DNA from: Camelus dromedarius
Lineage: Eukaryota
Assembly: GCF_036321535.1 (NCBI RefSeq)
Contig: NC_087436.1
Span: 49,044,001-49,108,000, forward strand
Reading direction: 5' to 3'
DNA: 64,000 bases
Below the pieces are notes generated by a model. That model had not been told where the DNA came from and made no database searches. It worked only from the letters and a program-made list of their open reading frames with translations. Of the stretch, positions 63,775-64,000 are shown in pieces (position 1 is the stretch's first letter; each line of letters starts with the position of its first letter). The translations under genes and the position numbers were made by a program.

Positions 63775-63971
63775 TTTTTCTCTTTGACCATCAGATTGGA
63801 GCAAGTTTTAAAAATTGAATTAAATTTTAAATTGGGAGTTAAAGTTAATTTTGGAAAAAAAGCATTAAAAACTTAAAATTTGAAAGTGGATAAGAGTATA
63901 GTTGCTTTAAAGAACAAGATAGTCCATTGCTTTAATCCTGTTTTTTTGTTTTTGTTTGTTTTCTTTTGCAG

Positions 63972-64000
63972 AGAATGTAGCTGGTCACTACATTTCCCCC
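63972..64000 (+). CDS. PPA2: PPA2 exon 2 (partial, runs off the window)
   Basis: After the acceptor: (A)AG AAT GTA GCT GGT CAC TAC ATT TCC CCC = K-N-V-A-G-H-Y-I-S-P, continuing towards the conserved family I PPase 'ISPFHDIP' motif. Confidence 0.95.

Larger units (their letters stand above)
49639..63971 (+). other. PPA2: PPA2 intron 1 (14,333 bp, GT-AG)
   Basis: Donor GTAAGT at 49639; long polypyrimidine tract and acceptor ttttgcAG at 63970-63971; the splice restores the frame (A+AG = Lys). Confidence 0.93.

Noticed and set aside
1..64000. CRISPR array, operon or novel multi-gene system; processed pseudogene
   Set aside because: The DNA is eukaryotic, with no regularly spaced repeat-spacer array, no long unexplained ORFs and no recognisable retrocopy. 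The contents are explained by two known genes and common repeats.

Overview
Mammalian genomic DNA: AT-rich, dense in interspersed repeats, and with spliced genes. It is most likely from a camelid (alpaca, llama or camel): it carries three tRNA-Ala-derived vic-1-type SINEs, and I see no Alu, B1/B2, Bov-A/BovB, PRE-1 or Can-SINE copies. The window covers the divergent (head-to-head) 5' ends of two genes. ARHGEF38 is on the minus strand (first coding exon 1294-1099). PPA2, the mitochondrial inorganic pyrophosphatase, is on the plus strand (exon 1 CDS 49458-49638 in a CpG island, a 14.3-kb intron 1, and exon 2 starting at 63972). The ~48 kb between the start codons, and PPA2 intron 1, are mostly L1, L2, MIR, MaLR/ERVL/ERV1 LTR and Tigger/Charlie/Mariner relics. 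I found no evidence of a novel multi-gene system. The best leads are: a strong-Kozak second ATG at the end of the PPA2 presequence; candidate ERRE and CTCF sites around PPA2; a ZEB/GRHL/TATA promoter layout at ARHGEF38; a 5'-inverted L1 nested in a Charlie element; two L1 3' ends under one TSD; and a possible decayed gag-like insert. Repeat family names and boundaries come from visual recognition and are approximate unless TSDs or TIRs are quoted.
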